64,000 bases of DNA, from NCBI RefSeq assembly GCF_009914755.1, contig NC_060932.1. One strand, written 5' to 3'. Source of the DNA: the human T2T-CHM13v2.0 reference genome, Homo sapiens. The notes below the pieces were generated by a model that saw only the letters and a program-made list of their open reading frames with translations, did not search any database and was not told where the DNA came from. Of this stretch, positions 28,501 to 40,990 are shown piece after piece (the stretch's first letter is position 1; each line of letters starts with the position of its first letter). Both the position numbers and the translations under genes were made by a program.

Positions 28501-29744
28501 GTTACCAATACATGGAAAGTTTTCTATATGCCACTCGGCTACCATATTCTGTTTTTGATATCCCTTCTTTTCATCAATTTGATTGTTCTACCTTGTGTGA
28601 CTTAATATGATTATAGTCAGAGTCCTATCAAATCAGTTCTGAAAAAGTAGCTGTATTTTTGTAGCATTTTTCAAGTGCTGAAAACAGGCTTTAATCTCCT
28701 GCTTTACTTCATTCAGTGATTACCACAATCCGTCTGACACCTATTGACCCATTTTTCTTCATAGTCTATGATATACCAGCCACTATACTAGATGCCTGTA
28801 CATATATTATCTTACAGCCAGAAATATTTGGGCAGATAAATCAGAAGCTTATTATAAAGAACTCAAAATATTTAAATGTGTTAATAAGATTCTGAAAAAA
28901 AAGCTTATCTAAACAAAACTTAATGAGCTTAATTATTTATTTTGATTACTGGAAATCTAAAAATCATATGAAGTTGCTATTGTGCAACACCCTTTTCTTT
29001 GTGTGGTACTAGAAGGAAGTTAGGAAGTTGAGGTCTAAGATACAGCATTTCTTCACTTGCCTCTGGGAAAATGTGCAATGATGTGTTACCATGGTCTCTG
29101 GGTTTAAATCATTCTTTTCCATATCCTTTTCTCCTTTCAGCTGATTAGCAGGTGAAACTGATATAAAGCCCTCGATTGAATATCTCTTACACAAATGGGG
29201 CTTGTTTACTGGAACTTCATACAGTCAGGTTTCCTAAGGGCTCTCATAGCTAAATTTTCTTCAGAAGCATCATCACTGATGTTGATTATACCACTTTACT
29301 ATAGAATATATTATACATAAGAATATTGGTTTTATTTTATTTAAATTCTACCCATTTCTTAATAAGCTATTTGTAATAAACTAATATAGACCAAGACAGA
29401 AAAACTGCAGAATGTATCCACTGTTTTTTCCAATTGACTTCCAAAGGTCAACTCAAGGTAGCACGGGACACATCCCAGGGCTCAGATCATGGAGACAAGC
29501 TGGGATATGCTAGATAAAGTGTAAGCTGAGTAAGTGATCCCCTGCAGGAGCGGCAGTGTCCTCTATATAGGAAAAGCATAGCTACTTTTTGTGGTCGGGA
29601 GGGGGGAGGAGCATGAGGGGTAACCGGAATATAGATGTGCAGTCAAAGAGAAGTTGTAGAAATAGCAGATTTAGATTTGACCTTAGAATAGGTTCCACAT
29701 GTGTGCTATTTACAAGCTGAGCCACATTAAAATATGCTGCAAAT

Positions 29745-30028
29745 GGCTGGGCGCAGTGGCTCACACCTGTAATCCTAGAACTTTGGGAGGCCGAGGCGGG
29801 CGGATCACGAGGTCAGGAGATTGAGACCATCCTGGCTAACACAGTGAAACCTCACTTCTACTAAAAATACAAAAAATTAGCCGGGCTTGGTGGCGAACGC
29901 CTGTAGTCCCAGCTACTCGGGAGGCTGAGGCAGGAGAATGGCAGAACCCAGGAGGCGGAGCTTGCAGTGAGCCGAGATCGCGCCACTGCACTCCAGCCTG
30001 AGTGCCAGAGCGAGACTCCCTCTCAGAG

Positions 30029-30065
<37 letters not shown>
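29745..30065 (+). mobile_element. AluY-like with 37-nt poly(A)
   Basis: ggatcacgaggtcaggagattgagaccatcctggctaac, gagaatggc, ggagcttgcagtg; TSD aa(t)atgctgcaaat on both sides. Confidence 0.95.
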
Positions 30066-30067
<2 letters not shown>

Positions 30068-30174
30068 CTGCAAATAAGTGAAATTGACCTGGAGACAGAA
30101 AGGATAGAGTAGAGATAAATGGAAAAGTATGAAAATAATATACTATGTCTTAATAACTGAGTGAGATTATATGA

Positions 30175-30593
30175 TGCTTTAGTCTGTTTGTGTTGCTATA
30201 AAGGAATACTTGAGGTGGGTAATTTATAAAGAAAATAAGCTTATTTGGCTCACTGTTCTGTAGGCTGTACAAGAAGCAATGTGCCAGCATCTGCTTCTGG
30301 TGAGGGCCTCAGGAAGCTTCTACTCACAGGATAGGGCAAGGAAAGTCAGTGTGTACAGAGATCACATGGTAAGAGAGAAAGTGAGAGAGATGAGTAAGGG
30401 TCAGTCTCTTCACCAGTCAGTTGTTTCGGGAACTAAGAGTGAGAACTCACTCCTGTGAAAATGGCACCAAGCCATTGATGGATCCCCTACCCAAGGATCC
30501 AAACACCTCCCACAAGGCCCCACCTCCAACATTGGAAATCAAATTTCAGCATGAGACTTGGCAGGACAAAACAAGCCATATTCACACCATAGC
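30175..30593 (-). mobile_element. MSTB-like solo LTR
   Basis: ttagtctgtttgtgttgctataaaggaatac...gccagcatctgcttctggtgagggcctcaggaagctt...caccatagc; TSD-like tatga/tatgg. Confidence 0.85.
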
Positions 30594-30624
30594 GTATGGT
30601 AATACCTCTAAATTCATAGATATA

Positions 30625-31100
30625 TCGTGAACCTTTAGCTCCAAAGACAGAAGGCCAATCCAAACTAGCTAAAACACAATGCAAATTATTGGCTTACTTA
30701 AACTGGAAGTCCAAAGGTGAGGTGGGCTTCAGGATTGATTAAATGAGCAACATCAGCTCAACAGGCCTGCAGTTCTCATACCTTTCCTCTCCTCCAGCTG
30801 TGGGGTTTATCTTTGGGCAGGGAGTAAGATGGTGGCAGCTGCTTAGGTCTCCTCTCAATATAAGACAAATTCCCTGTAAAGAGAGAGAGTGTTGCCTCTT
30901 GAAGTTCTACAGGAAGAGTAGTAAATCACGTTGCTAGAAGCTTCAATTTTAACCTCATTGGCTCACATTGCATCACATGCCTACTCACAAAGCAATCATT
31001 GGCAAAAAAAAAAAAGAAGAAGAAAAGAAAAAATAAAGGTATTCTCTCTCTTCAGCACAACAGGGCCCATCTCTAGACCTTGGATTTGCTTAGCTTGAAG
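30625..31100 (-). mobile_element. Old MLT1 (MLT1K/L-like) LTR remnant
   Basis: ttattggcttacttaaactggaagtccaaagg...ggcttcagg; ctcattggctcacattgcatcacatgcc. Confidence 0.55.
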
Positions 31101-31999
31101 TCCCATCAAACCTGTAATGAGAACTGTACCAATTTTCTAACTCTGGGATGTTTAAAAGGTAAATTTCATTCTCCAATACAGGAAATACAGTTATATTTGA
31201 GGATATCTGAGTAGCATATTTTGTAATGAAGCTCTTTCTATTGTAAGAGGAAAAAAACATGCTTTTAAACAACATTTTCTTCTCTTATAATGCACTTTAT
31301 TTTTTTTATTACAGGAATGGTACTGCTTCCTTTAGAAAACTAAATATTCAGAAAAATAAAAAGAAGATAATAAAAGTTATATGCAATTTCTCACCACCGT
31401 TAACATTCTGAAAAGCTCTTGCTACTTTGTTTTCTGTGTATATTTGTTTATCACATATTCAATTGGTTGCTAATGACAGAAACCCATTTTGAACTGATTT
31501 AAACAAAAATGGGAATTTATGTATAGCCCACGGGATATTCTGTGGAATCAAAGGGAAGCTGAAATGTACATGGGACTAATACTGGAAATTAGAAGGAAGC
31601 AGACATTTAGAAAGTAGAGGCTCTATCTTTATTTTTTGCAGCCTGGTTTCCTTGCTTTGGGGGATAGACAGTCCAACATAGCCATCCCATGGGTCTCAAC
31701 TCTCTACCTTCTTTCTCCATTAAGAACAAGCCAGTGTTCCTAGAGGAGTAAATCTGTTTTCCCAAGCTTGTGTCAAGAGTTCACATTTGGTCCAATCAAC
31801 CGTGTTAAGGAAACAGCTACATAGAATAACATGGTTACTGAAGACCCAACCTTCAGTGTGGAAGCTGGGCCATTTATCAGAGAAAGATAACCATTGTTCC
31901 CTGGATAGATGCCCCTAAAGTTTACTCCTCTTCATCCTATTATACTACTACTGCCACAGCTACTATAGAGACACAAAACACAACCACAAAAACCTATAA

Positions 32000-32420
32000 A
32001 TGTCATTGAGATTATCCTGAACACAAAGTTTTAAAATCTGTGTTTTAAAACATTTTCCATGCATTCCAACACAAAACTCTCTCCCATATGATTATAATTG
32101 CTTCCAAAACACCATTTTCAGTGGCTGTGTAATATCCCATCTAATGGAGGTACCATTTCTTAGTTTTCCAACAATTGGAGAATAAATGCTTTAATCATTC
32201 TCAATTTCTTGTTATCATAAATAATAATGGTTGAATAGAAATCTTTCTAAAGTGGTTTTTGCCTGCATATTGCATTACTCCCATAGAATGGAGTCTTAAT
32301 AGGGGAAATAATGGGGGCAGGAGACTTATTAAGACTCTTGCTGCACATTGCCAAATTGTGTTCCAGAAAGGTTGTACTAAATTACATTTCTTGCAGAAAT
32401 GACTGAGAGTTCTCATTTTG
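32000..32420 (-). mobile_element. L1ME-type fragment
   Basis: cacattgccaaattgtgttccagaaaggttgtactaaattacatt; the minus-strand ORF gives CNLVQPFW (L1 ORF2 C-terminal motif). Confidence 0.7.
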
Positions 32421-32811
32421 TGGAGTGAATCTTTGGTAATATGGAATCTAATTACCCAGAGATATCCTATTCAATGAACTGTGTCATCATATCAGAACCA
32501 TTTCACAGGTACAGTAGAATTTATTCCAATCATTTTATCCAAGTAGAATTCCCAAACACTGCCTGCTTTCTACATCCTTCCCAGCAGTTAGGAATTCTGT
32601 GTTTCAGTCTTTCTTCCCTGAAAGCTTGGGGCCACCAGGCACTGCAGGCTCATTGAGTAGTGTCCTTTTGACCTTACAAAAGGGGATGGGTGAGAGTAAG
32701 GCTCTTCTGTTTTGACATGTGTACCCAGGGAGTGATCAGAAACCAAGTCTTTAGTGAACGCCAGGTCAGATGGAGGGAAAATTCTGTCAAACTATCAGTC
32801 AAGAGGAAGTT

Positions 32812-33110
32812 GGCCAAAAGCAGTGGCTCATGCCTGTAATCTCAGCACTCTGGGAGGCTGAGGCAGGAGGATTACTTGAGGCCAGGAATTCAAGAGACAA
32901 GCCTGGTAATCATGGCAAGACCCATTTCTACAAAAAACAAAATTAACTGGGCATGGTGATGTGCACCTGTAATTCCAACTACTTGGGAGGTTGAGGTGGC
33001 AGGATCAGCTGAGCCCAGGACTTGGAGGTTACAGTGGTCTGTGATTGTGCCACTGCACTCCAGCTTGGGTGGCAGAGCAACACCCTGTCTCTGAAAAAGG
33101 CAAAAATAAA
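32812..33110 (+). mobile_element. AluJ
   Basis: gaggattacttgaggccagga and gagcccaggacttggaggttacagtg (J diagnostics); TSD aagaggaagt on both sides. Confidence 0.9.
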
Positions 33111-33239
33111 AAGAGGAAGTCAAAGTTGGAAGCCACAAAGAAGGATAACCCAAAGGGGGAGGAGGGAGATTAAAGGCAAGAACACAAGTGTCTGTAGGGA
33201 TCAAGCAGATAGAGGAGAGAAGCAGTTTGGGTATGGGTT

Positions 33240-33420
33240 GAGGCCAACTGGAAAGCCCACCTCCTCTGTAAAGTCTCTGCTCCTCAGCTCCAGCTATTGT
33301 CACCATGGGGGGTAACTTGGAGTTCTGAGATTCAAAATCTTTTTGAAAGAAACCAGAAATGTGAATTTTTATAGATCTCCTAATTGTCAAATATTGTTTC
33401 AGTTTTTCAGAAAAACTGTG
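33240..33420 (-). mobile_element. MER103C-like hAT relic; remainder at ~42760-42823
   Basis: ctcagctccagctattgtcaccatg...gaaaccagaaatgtgaatttttat; far part ggacaaacacttctgtggtctagat...tttgtgacctctg. Confidence 0.6.
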
Positions 33421-33451
33421 TGTGTTCTGTGACAAATTTCATTTAGCATAA

Positions 33452-33879
<428 letters not shown>

Positions 33880-34256
33880 ACCATATTTTCTTTATCTAGT
33901 CATCTGTCGATGGACATTTGGGTTATTTCTACTTCTTGGTTATTGTGTATAATGCTGCAGTGAACATGGAGTGTAGATATCTCTTGAAGATTACTCTTTC
34001 AATCCTTCTGAACATATACCCAGGAGTAGAACTGCTGGATCATATGGTAGTTGTATTTTTAGTTTTTTTGAAGAACCTCTATACTCTTTTCCATAGCAGC
34101 TATGACATTTTATATCCCCATTGCATTATGCACATATTCTAATTTCGCTTTCTCACCAACACATATTATCTTTAATTTTTAAAATAATAGCCATCGTAAT
34201 ATGTGTGAGGTGACTACATGGTTCCACTTACATGAAGAATCTAAAATAGTCAAACT

Positions 34257-34519
34257 GCTCAGCACTTTAGGAGGCTGAAGAGAGAGGATCGCTTGAGGCA
34301 AGGAATTTGAGACCAGCCTGGGCAACATAACAAGACCTCTGTCTCTACAAAAAGTAAACTTAGCCTGGTATGATGGCATATGCCTGTAGTCTCAGCTACT
34401 TAGGAAACTGAAGCAAGAGGATCCTTTGAGCCCAGGAGTTCAAGGCTACAGTGAGCTATGATCATGCCACTGTGCTCTAACCTGGGTGACAGAGTGAGAC
34501 CTTGTCTCTTAAAAAATTC
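34257..34519 (+). mobile_element. AluJ, 5'-truncated
   Basis: gagcccaggagttcaaggctacagtgagctatgatc; perfect 13-bp TSD aaatagtcaaact (34244-34256 / 34520-34532). Confidence 0.92.
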
Positions 34520-34864
34520 AAATAGTCAAACTTACAGAAGCAGACAATAGAAAGGTGGCTGCTAGGGACTGGGACTGGAAGGAGAAGGAAATGGGGCGTT
34601 GTTCAGTGGATATAAAGTTATAGTTACACAAGATGAATAAGTTCTAGAGATCTGCTGTACCACAATATGCCTATAGTTAACACTACACTGTGTGCACTTA
34701 GAAATTTATTTAGAGAGTAGATCTTAGGTTAACCATTCTTACCAAAAGAAGAAGAAGAGGAGGAAGAAGCAGCAGCAGCAAAGGGACACAGGAAATGAAT
34801 GTATTTATTACCTGTGTCCTAAAACTGACAGTAATGAATATATTTATTACCTTGATTATGGTGA

Positions 34865-35510
34865 TGAGAGGTGAAACCAGCTGGACTTCCTGGGTCGAGT
34901 GGGGACTTGGAGAACTTTTCTGTCTTACAAGAAGATTGTAAAATGCACCAATCAGAGCTCTGTAAAAACGTACCAATCAGTGCTCTGTAGCTAGCAAGAG
35001 GTTTGTAAAATGCACCAATCAGTACTCTGTAAAAATGCACTAATCTGCACTCTGTAGCTAGGATTGTAAAATGCACCAATCAGCACTCTGTAAAAACGCA
35101 CCAATCAGCACTCTGTAGCTAGCAAGAGGTTTTTAAAGTGCACCAAGCAGTGCTCTAAAAACACACCAATCAGTGCTCGGTAAAATGCCCCAATTAGCAG
35201 GATTCTAAAAGTAGCCAATAGCAGGGAAAACTGTAAAAAGTGCACTGTGATAGGACAAAAATGGGACATGGGAGAGGACAAATAAGGGAAGAAAAGCTGG
35301 CCACCCCAGCCAGCAGCAGCAACCCACTCACGTCCCCTTCCAAGCTGTGGAAGCTTTGTTTTTTAGCTCTTCACAGTAAATCTTGCTGCTGCTCACTCTT
35401 CAGGTCCATGCCATCTTTAAGAGCTGTAACACTCACCACGAAGGTCCGTGGCTTCATTCTTGAAGTCACTGAGACCACAAGCCCACTGGAAGGAACCAAC
35501 TCCGGACACA
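34865..35510 (+). promoter_or_regulatory. 5' LTR (LTR12F-like) with tandem CCAAT/NF-Y boxes
   Basis: tgagaggtgaaaccagctggacttcctgggtcgagtggggacttggagaac...ccggacaca; 8 intact CCAAT in gcaccaatcag repeats, plus a GATA motif (tgatag). Confidence 0.92.
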
Positions 35511-36416
35511 TCTTGGGTGTTCGTCTGGGATATTGCCACACGGTGAGTACCATCGGACTCGTCTGGGATATTGCCACACGGTGAGTACCTTCGGACCTGT
35601 TTCACTTTCTATTCTGCCCTATTTTTCCTTAGAATTCAGGGGTTAAACACCGGACACTTGTCAGCCAGTTAAAAGCAACTAGTGCAGCCACCTGACTAAA
35701 GACACAGGTGTCAGGCTTTCTAGGAAAGGGCTCTCTAACAACCCCCAACTCTTTTGAGTTGGGAGCTTTGGTTTGCCTGGAACCAGCTTCCGCTTTTCCT
35801 GAGCTTCTGGGCTGAGCCAAGGGTCGACAGAGAGGAAAGCCATTCAACTCTGGGGTCCTGACAAAAAGTTCCTTAACACTGCAGGGAGTGGAACTCTCAA
35901 AGTTACGTCGCCCAAGTGAGACTCACCCATCTATTCTATCTGGACCCTTGCCTCCTGGGTCCTAAAGCCTGTCAGACAAACTTCCTCCTGCCTCTCTTCT
36001 TTAGCCTTTAGAAGGCTAGTCCCGCTTCTAAAAACCACTCCCTGTCCCTGGTGCTCTTTTAGTTTCTCCTATAAGAATGATTTCTAGTATAAATTTCTGG
36101 ACTCTGTTCCCTTCTTTAGGCACCTGGGCTCACCAATCAGAAAGACATAATTTGGCCCAAAGCCCCATGGTGGGGGGGACTATCTGGAGTTTTAGGACCC
36201 TCCCTCAGACTAGCAGGCCTAACAAAGGCTATTACTGAAGCTAGGATATGGGGAACCTCAGAAATTTTATCCTTCCTATTCATATGATGAGAAGTGAGGA
36301 CAAAAGGCATCACTTTTCCAACCCTGGAGATCCCTTCCCTCCCTCAAGATATGGCCATCCACTCCACTTTGAGGCATATTATCTTTATAGGACAAGGGTA
36401 ACGCTTAGGACTCTAA

Positions 36417-36580
36417 GGTTTTCAAGAATGCATCGGTAAGGGCCACTAAATCCGATTTTTCTCGTTCCTCTTTGTGGTCTAAGAGGAAAGGCAATGGTGC
36501 AGGTTTTCGAGAATGCGTTGGTGAGGGCCACTAAATCCGACCTTCCTCGGTCCTCTTTGTGGTCTAGGAGGAAATCTAGT
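36417..36580 (+). repeat. Two-copy ~85-bp tandem repeat in the ERV9 leader
   Basis: ggttttc(a/g)agaatgc...gggccactaaatccga...cctctttgtggtcta...aggaaa present twice. Confidence 0.8.
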
Positions 36581-36697
36581 GTTTCCACTGCTGCTTCAGT
36601 GAGTGCAACTATTCTGAACAGCAGGGTCCAGGGAACATTGCAGGTTCTTGGGCAGGGAAAAAAACAAACCAAAACCATGGGCAGTTTTTTCTTTCAG

Positions 36698-38153
36698 ATA
36701 GGAAACGCTCAGGCATCAAGAGGCTCACACTTGAAATGCATCCTAAGCCATTGGGACCAATTTGACCCGCAAAACCTGAAAAAGAAGTGGCTCATTTTTT
36801 TCTGCACTGTGGCCTGGCCCTAATATTCTCTCTCTGATGGGGAAAAATGGCCACTTGAGGGAAGTATAAATTACAATACTATCCTGCAGCTTGACCTTTT
36901 CTGTAAGAGGGAAGGCAAATAGAGTGAAATGCCTTATGTCCAAGCTTTCTTTTCACTGAAGGATAATCCACAACTATGCAAAGCTTGCAATCTACATCCC
37001 ACAGGAGGACCTCTCAGCTTACCTCCATATCCTAGCCTTCCTACAGCTCTCCTTCCTATTAATGATAAGCCTCCTCTAATCTCCCCGACCCAGAAGGAAA
37101 CAAGCAAAGAAATCTCCAAGGGACCACAAAAACCCCCCGGCTGTCAGTTATGTCCCCTTCAAGCTGTAGGGGGAGGGGAATTTGGCCCAACCCAGCTACA
37201 TGTCCACTTCTCCCTCTCTGATTTAAAGCAGATCAAGGTAGACCTGGAAAAGTTTCCAGATGATCCTGATAAGTATATAGATGTCCTACAGGGTCTAGGG
37301 CAAACCTTCAACCTCACTTGGAGAGATGTCACACCATTGTTAGATCAAACCCTGGCCTTTAATGAAAAGAATGTGGCTTTAGCTGCAGCCTGAAAGTTTG
37401 GAGATACCTGATATCTTAGTCAAGTAAATGATAGAATGACAGCCAAAGAAAGGGACAAATTCCCTACCAGTCAGCAAACCGTCCCTGGTACGGATCCCCA
37501 CTGGGACCTAGGTTCAGATCATGGGGAATGGAGTCACAAACATCTGTTGACCTGTGTTCTACAAGGACCAAGGAGAATTAGGAAAAAGCCCATGAATTAT
37601 TCAGTGATGTCCACCATAACTCAGGGAAAGGAAGAAAATCCTTCCGCCTTCCTCGAGCAACTATGGGAGGCCTTAAGAAAATATACTCCCCTGTCACCCA
37701 ACTCCATCGAGGGTCAATTGATCCTCAAAGATAAGTTTATTACCCAATCAACCGCAGATATCAGGAGAAAGCTCCAAAAGTGAGCCCTGGGCCCTGAACA
37801 AAACCTGGAAGCATTATTAAACCTGGCAACCTCGGTGTTCTATAATACGGACCAAGAGGAACAGGCTGAAAAAGAAAAGTGAGATCAGAGAAAGGCCACA
37901 GCCTTAGTCATGGCCCTCAGACAAACAAACCTCGGTGGTTCAGAGAGGACAGAAAATGGAGTAGGCCAATCACCTGGTAGGGCTTTTTATCAGTGTGGTT
38001 TGCAATCTTAAATAAGATTGTCCAATGAGAAACAAGCCACCCCCTCACCCATGTCCACTATCCCAAGGCAATCACTGGAAGGTGCACTGCTCCAGAGGAC
38101 AAAGGTTCTCTGGGCCAGAAGCCCCCAACCAGATGATCCAACAACATGACTGA
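36698..38153 (+). pseudogene. gag: HERV9 gag, disrupted
   Basis: Start ATG>ATA (ataggaaac) after ttctttcag; CILSHWDQFDPQNLKKK, PPYP late-domain-like motif, MHR QGKEENPSAFLEQL, ends at TGA 38151-38153; multiple stops. Confidence 0.9.
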
Positions 38154-40990
38154 GGGTGTCCAGGGCAAGCGCCAGGTCATGTCATCGCCCTCACTGAGCC
38201 CCGGCTGAGTTTACCCATTGAGGGCCAGGGAATTGACTTCCTCCTGGACACTGGCACAGCCTTCTCAGTGTTAATCTCCTGCCCCAGATGGCTGTCCTCA
38301 AGATCCATTACCATCTGAGGAATCCTGGGACAGCCTGTAACCAGGTATTTCTTTCACCTCCTCAGTTGTAATTGGGAGACTTTGCTCTTTTCACATGCCT
38401 TTCCTGTTATGCCTGAAAGTCCCACACCCTTATTGGGGAGTGACATATTAGCCAAAGCTGGAGCTATTATCTATATGAATATGGGGAACAAGTTACCATT
38501 TGTTGTCCCCTACATGAGGAGGGAATCAACCCTGAAGTCTGGGCATTGGAAGGACAATTCAGAAGGGCAAAAAATGCCCACCCAGTTCAAATCAGCCTAA
38601 AAGACCCCACCTCTTTTCCTTATCAAAGGCAATATTCCTTTAGGCCTGAAGCTCGTAAAGGATTACAGGATATTGTTAGACATTTAAAAGCTCAAGACTT
38701 AGTGAGAAAATTCAGCAGTCCCTGCAACACCCCAATTCTAGGACGACAAAAACTGAATGGTGAGTGGAGATTAGTGCAAGATCTTAGACTCATCAATGAG
38801 GCAGTAATTCCTCTATATCCAGTTGTACCTAACCACTATACCCTGCTCTCTCAAATACCCGAGGAAGAAGAATGGTTCACTATTCTGGACCTGAAGGATG
38901 CCTTATTCTGCATTCCCCTGAACTCTGACTCCCAGTTTTTCTTTGCCTTTGAGGATCCCACAGACAACACATCCCAACTTAGGTGGACGTTCTTGCCTCA
39001 AGGGTTTAGGGATAGCCATCATCTATTTGGTCAGGCACTGGCCCAAGATCTAGGCCATTTCTCAAGTCCAGGCACTCTGCTCCTTCAGCATGTGAATGAT
39101 TTACTTTTGGCTACCAGTTCGGAAGCCTCATGCTGGCAGGCTACTCTAGATCTCTTGAACTCTCTAGCTAATCAAGGGTACAAGGTGTCTAAATTGAAGG
39201 CCCAGCTCTGCCTACAGCAAGTCAAATATCTAGGCCTAATCTTAGCCAGAGGAACCAGGGCCCTCAGCAAGGAACGAATACAGCCTATACTGGCTTATCC
39301 TCACCCTAAGACATTACAACAGTTGTGGGGGTTCCTTGGAATCACCGGCTTTTGCCAACTATGTATCCCCGGGTACAGCGAGATGGCCAGGCTACCCTAT
39401 ACTCTAATCAAGGAGACCCAGAGGGCAAATACTCATCTAGTAGAATGGGAACCAGAGGCAGAAACAGCCTTCAAAACCTTAAAGCAGGCCTTAGTACAAG
39501 CTCCAGCCTTAAACCATCCCACAGGACAAAACTTATCTTTATACATCACAGAGAGAGCGGGAATAGCTTTTGGAGTCCTTACTCAGACTCATAGGACAAC
39601 CCCACAACCAGTGGCATACCTAAGTAAGGAAATTGATGTAGTAGCAAAACGCTGACCTCACTGTTTATGGGTATTTGCAGCGGTGGCCATCTTAGTGTCA
39701 GAGGCTATCAAAATAATACAAGGAAAGGATCTCACCATCTGGACTACTTATGATGTAAATGGCATACTAGGTGCCAAAGGAAGTTTATGGCTATCAGATA
39801 ACAGCCTGCTTAGATATTAGGCACTAGTCCTTAAGAGACTGGTGCTTAAAATACTCATGTGTGCAGCCCTCAATCCTGCCATTTTTCTCCCAGAAGATGG
39901 GGAAACCAATCGAGCATGACTGCCAACAAATTGTGGCCAGACTTATGCCACCTGAGAGAATCTCTTAGAATTCCCCTTAGCTAATCCTGACCTTAACCTA
40001 CATGACAATGGAAGTTCATTTGGGAAGAATGGGATATGAGGGGCAGGTTATGCCATAGTTAGTGATGTAACAGTACTTAAAAGTAAGCCTCTTCCCGCAG
40101 GGACCAGCGCCCAGTTAGCAGAAATAGTGGTGCTTACCTGAGCCTTAGAACTGGGAAGGGAAAAAAGAATAAATGTGTATACAGATAGCAAGTATGCTTA
40201 TCTAATCCTACATGCCCATGCTGCAATATGGAAAGGAAGGGAGTTTCTAACCTCTGGGGTAACCCCCATTAAATACCACAAGGAAATCATGGAGTTATTG
40301 CATGCAGTGCAAAAACCCAAGGAGGTGGCAGTTTTACAGTGCTAAAGCCATCAAAAAGGTGAAGGAGAAAAGGCAGAAGGAAACCGTTGGGCAGACGCTG
40401 AGGCCAAAATTGCTGCCAGGTGGAACCTCCTATTAGAAATACGTATGGAAGGACCCTTGGTATGGAACAACCCTTTCCAAGAGATTAAGCCCCAGTATTC
40501 CCTGGCCAAAACAGAATGGGGACTTTCATGGGGACATAGTTTCCTCCCCTCTGGGTGGTTAACAACAGAAGAGGGAAAGGTACTCATGCCGGAAGCCAGC
40601 CAGTGGAAAATACTTAAGACCCTTCACCAAACTTTCCATATGGGTATTGAGAACACTCATCAGATGGCCAAATCCCTATTTGCAGGACCAAATCTCCTCT
40701 GGACCATCCAGCAAGTGGTCAAAGCATGTGAGGTGTGCCAAAGAAATAATCCCTTGGTCCATCATAAGGCTCCTCTGGGGGAACAAAGAATAGGGCACTA
40801 TCCTGGAGATGACTAGCTGTTAGACTTCACCCATATGCCTAAGTTAAGGGGATTTCAATACTTGTTGGTCTGTGCTGATACTTTTACAAATTGGATAGAA
40901 GCCTTCCCCTGCAAGACAGAGAAACCTCAGAAAGTGGTTAAAGTCCTAATTTATGAAATGATTCCTAGATTTGGGCTTCCCCAAAGCTTA
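38154..40990 (+). pseudogene. pol: HERV9 pro-pol (protease, RT, RNase H, N-terminal integrase), disrupted and truncated
   Basis: FLLDTG near 38240; ORF 38546-39655 with WRLVQDLR, LDLKDA, LPQG, HVND (YVDD dead); RNase H YTDSKY; IN HQTFH...CEVC, DFTH, DTFTNWIEAFP. Confidence 0.93.

Noticed and set aside
32890-33435. 181-aa minus-strand ORF
   Set aside because: It runs through an antisense AluJ (LECSGTITDHCNL is a typical Alu translation) and a MER103 relic; not a gene.
34745-34855. (GAA)(GAG)(CAG) run and a 19-bp local duplication beside the HERV9 integration site
   Set aside because: Simple-repeat drift of the A-rich L1MA 3'UTR tract. It lies outside the 4-bp TSD, so it is unrelated to integration.
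34940-35200. Regularly spaced gcaccaatcag repeats resembling a CRISPR-like array
   Set aside because: The intervening sequences are themselves repeated and the array recurs in the 3' LTR. It is the known LTR12 U3 tandem enhancer repeat in a eukaryotic genome.
36698-40816. Possible APOBEC3 G-to-A hypermutation of the HERV9 (ATG>ATA, TGG>TAG at 36920 and 40814, YVDD>HVND)
   Set aside because: At least as many stops come from C>T changes (CGA>TGA, CAA>TAA), and two TGG>TGA changes are outside GG/GA context. This looks like neutral decay; a Hypermut test against consensus would be needed.
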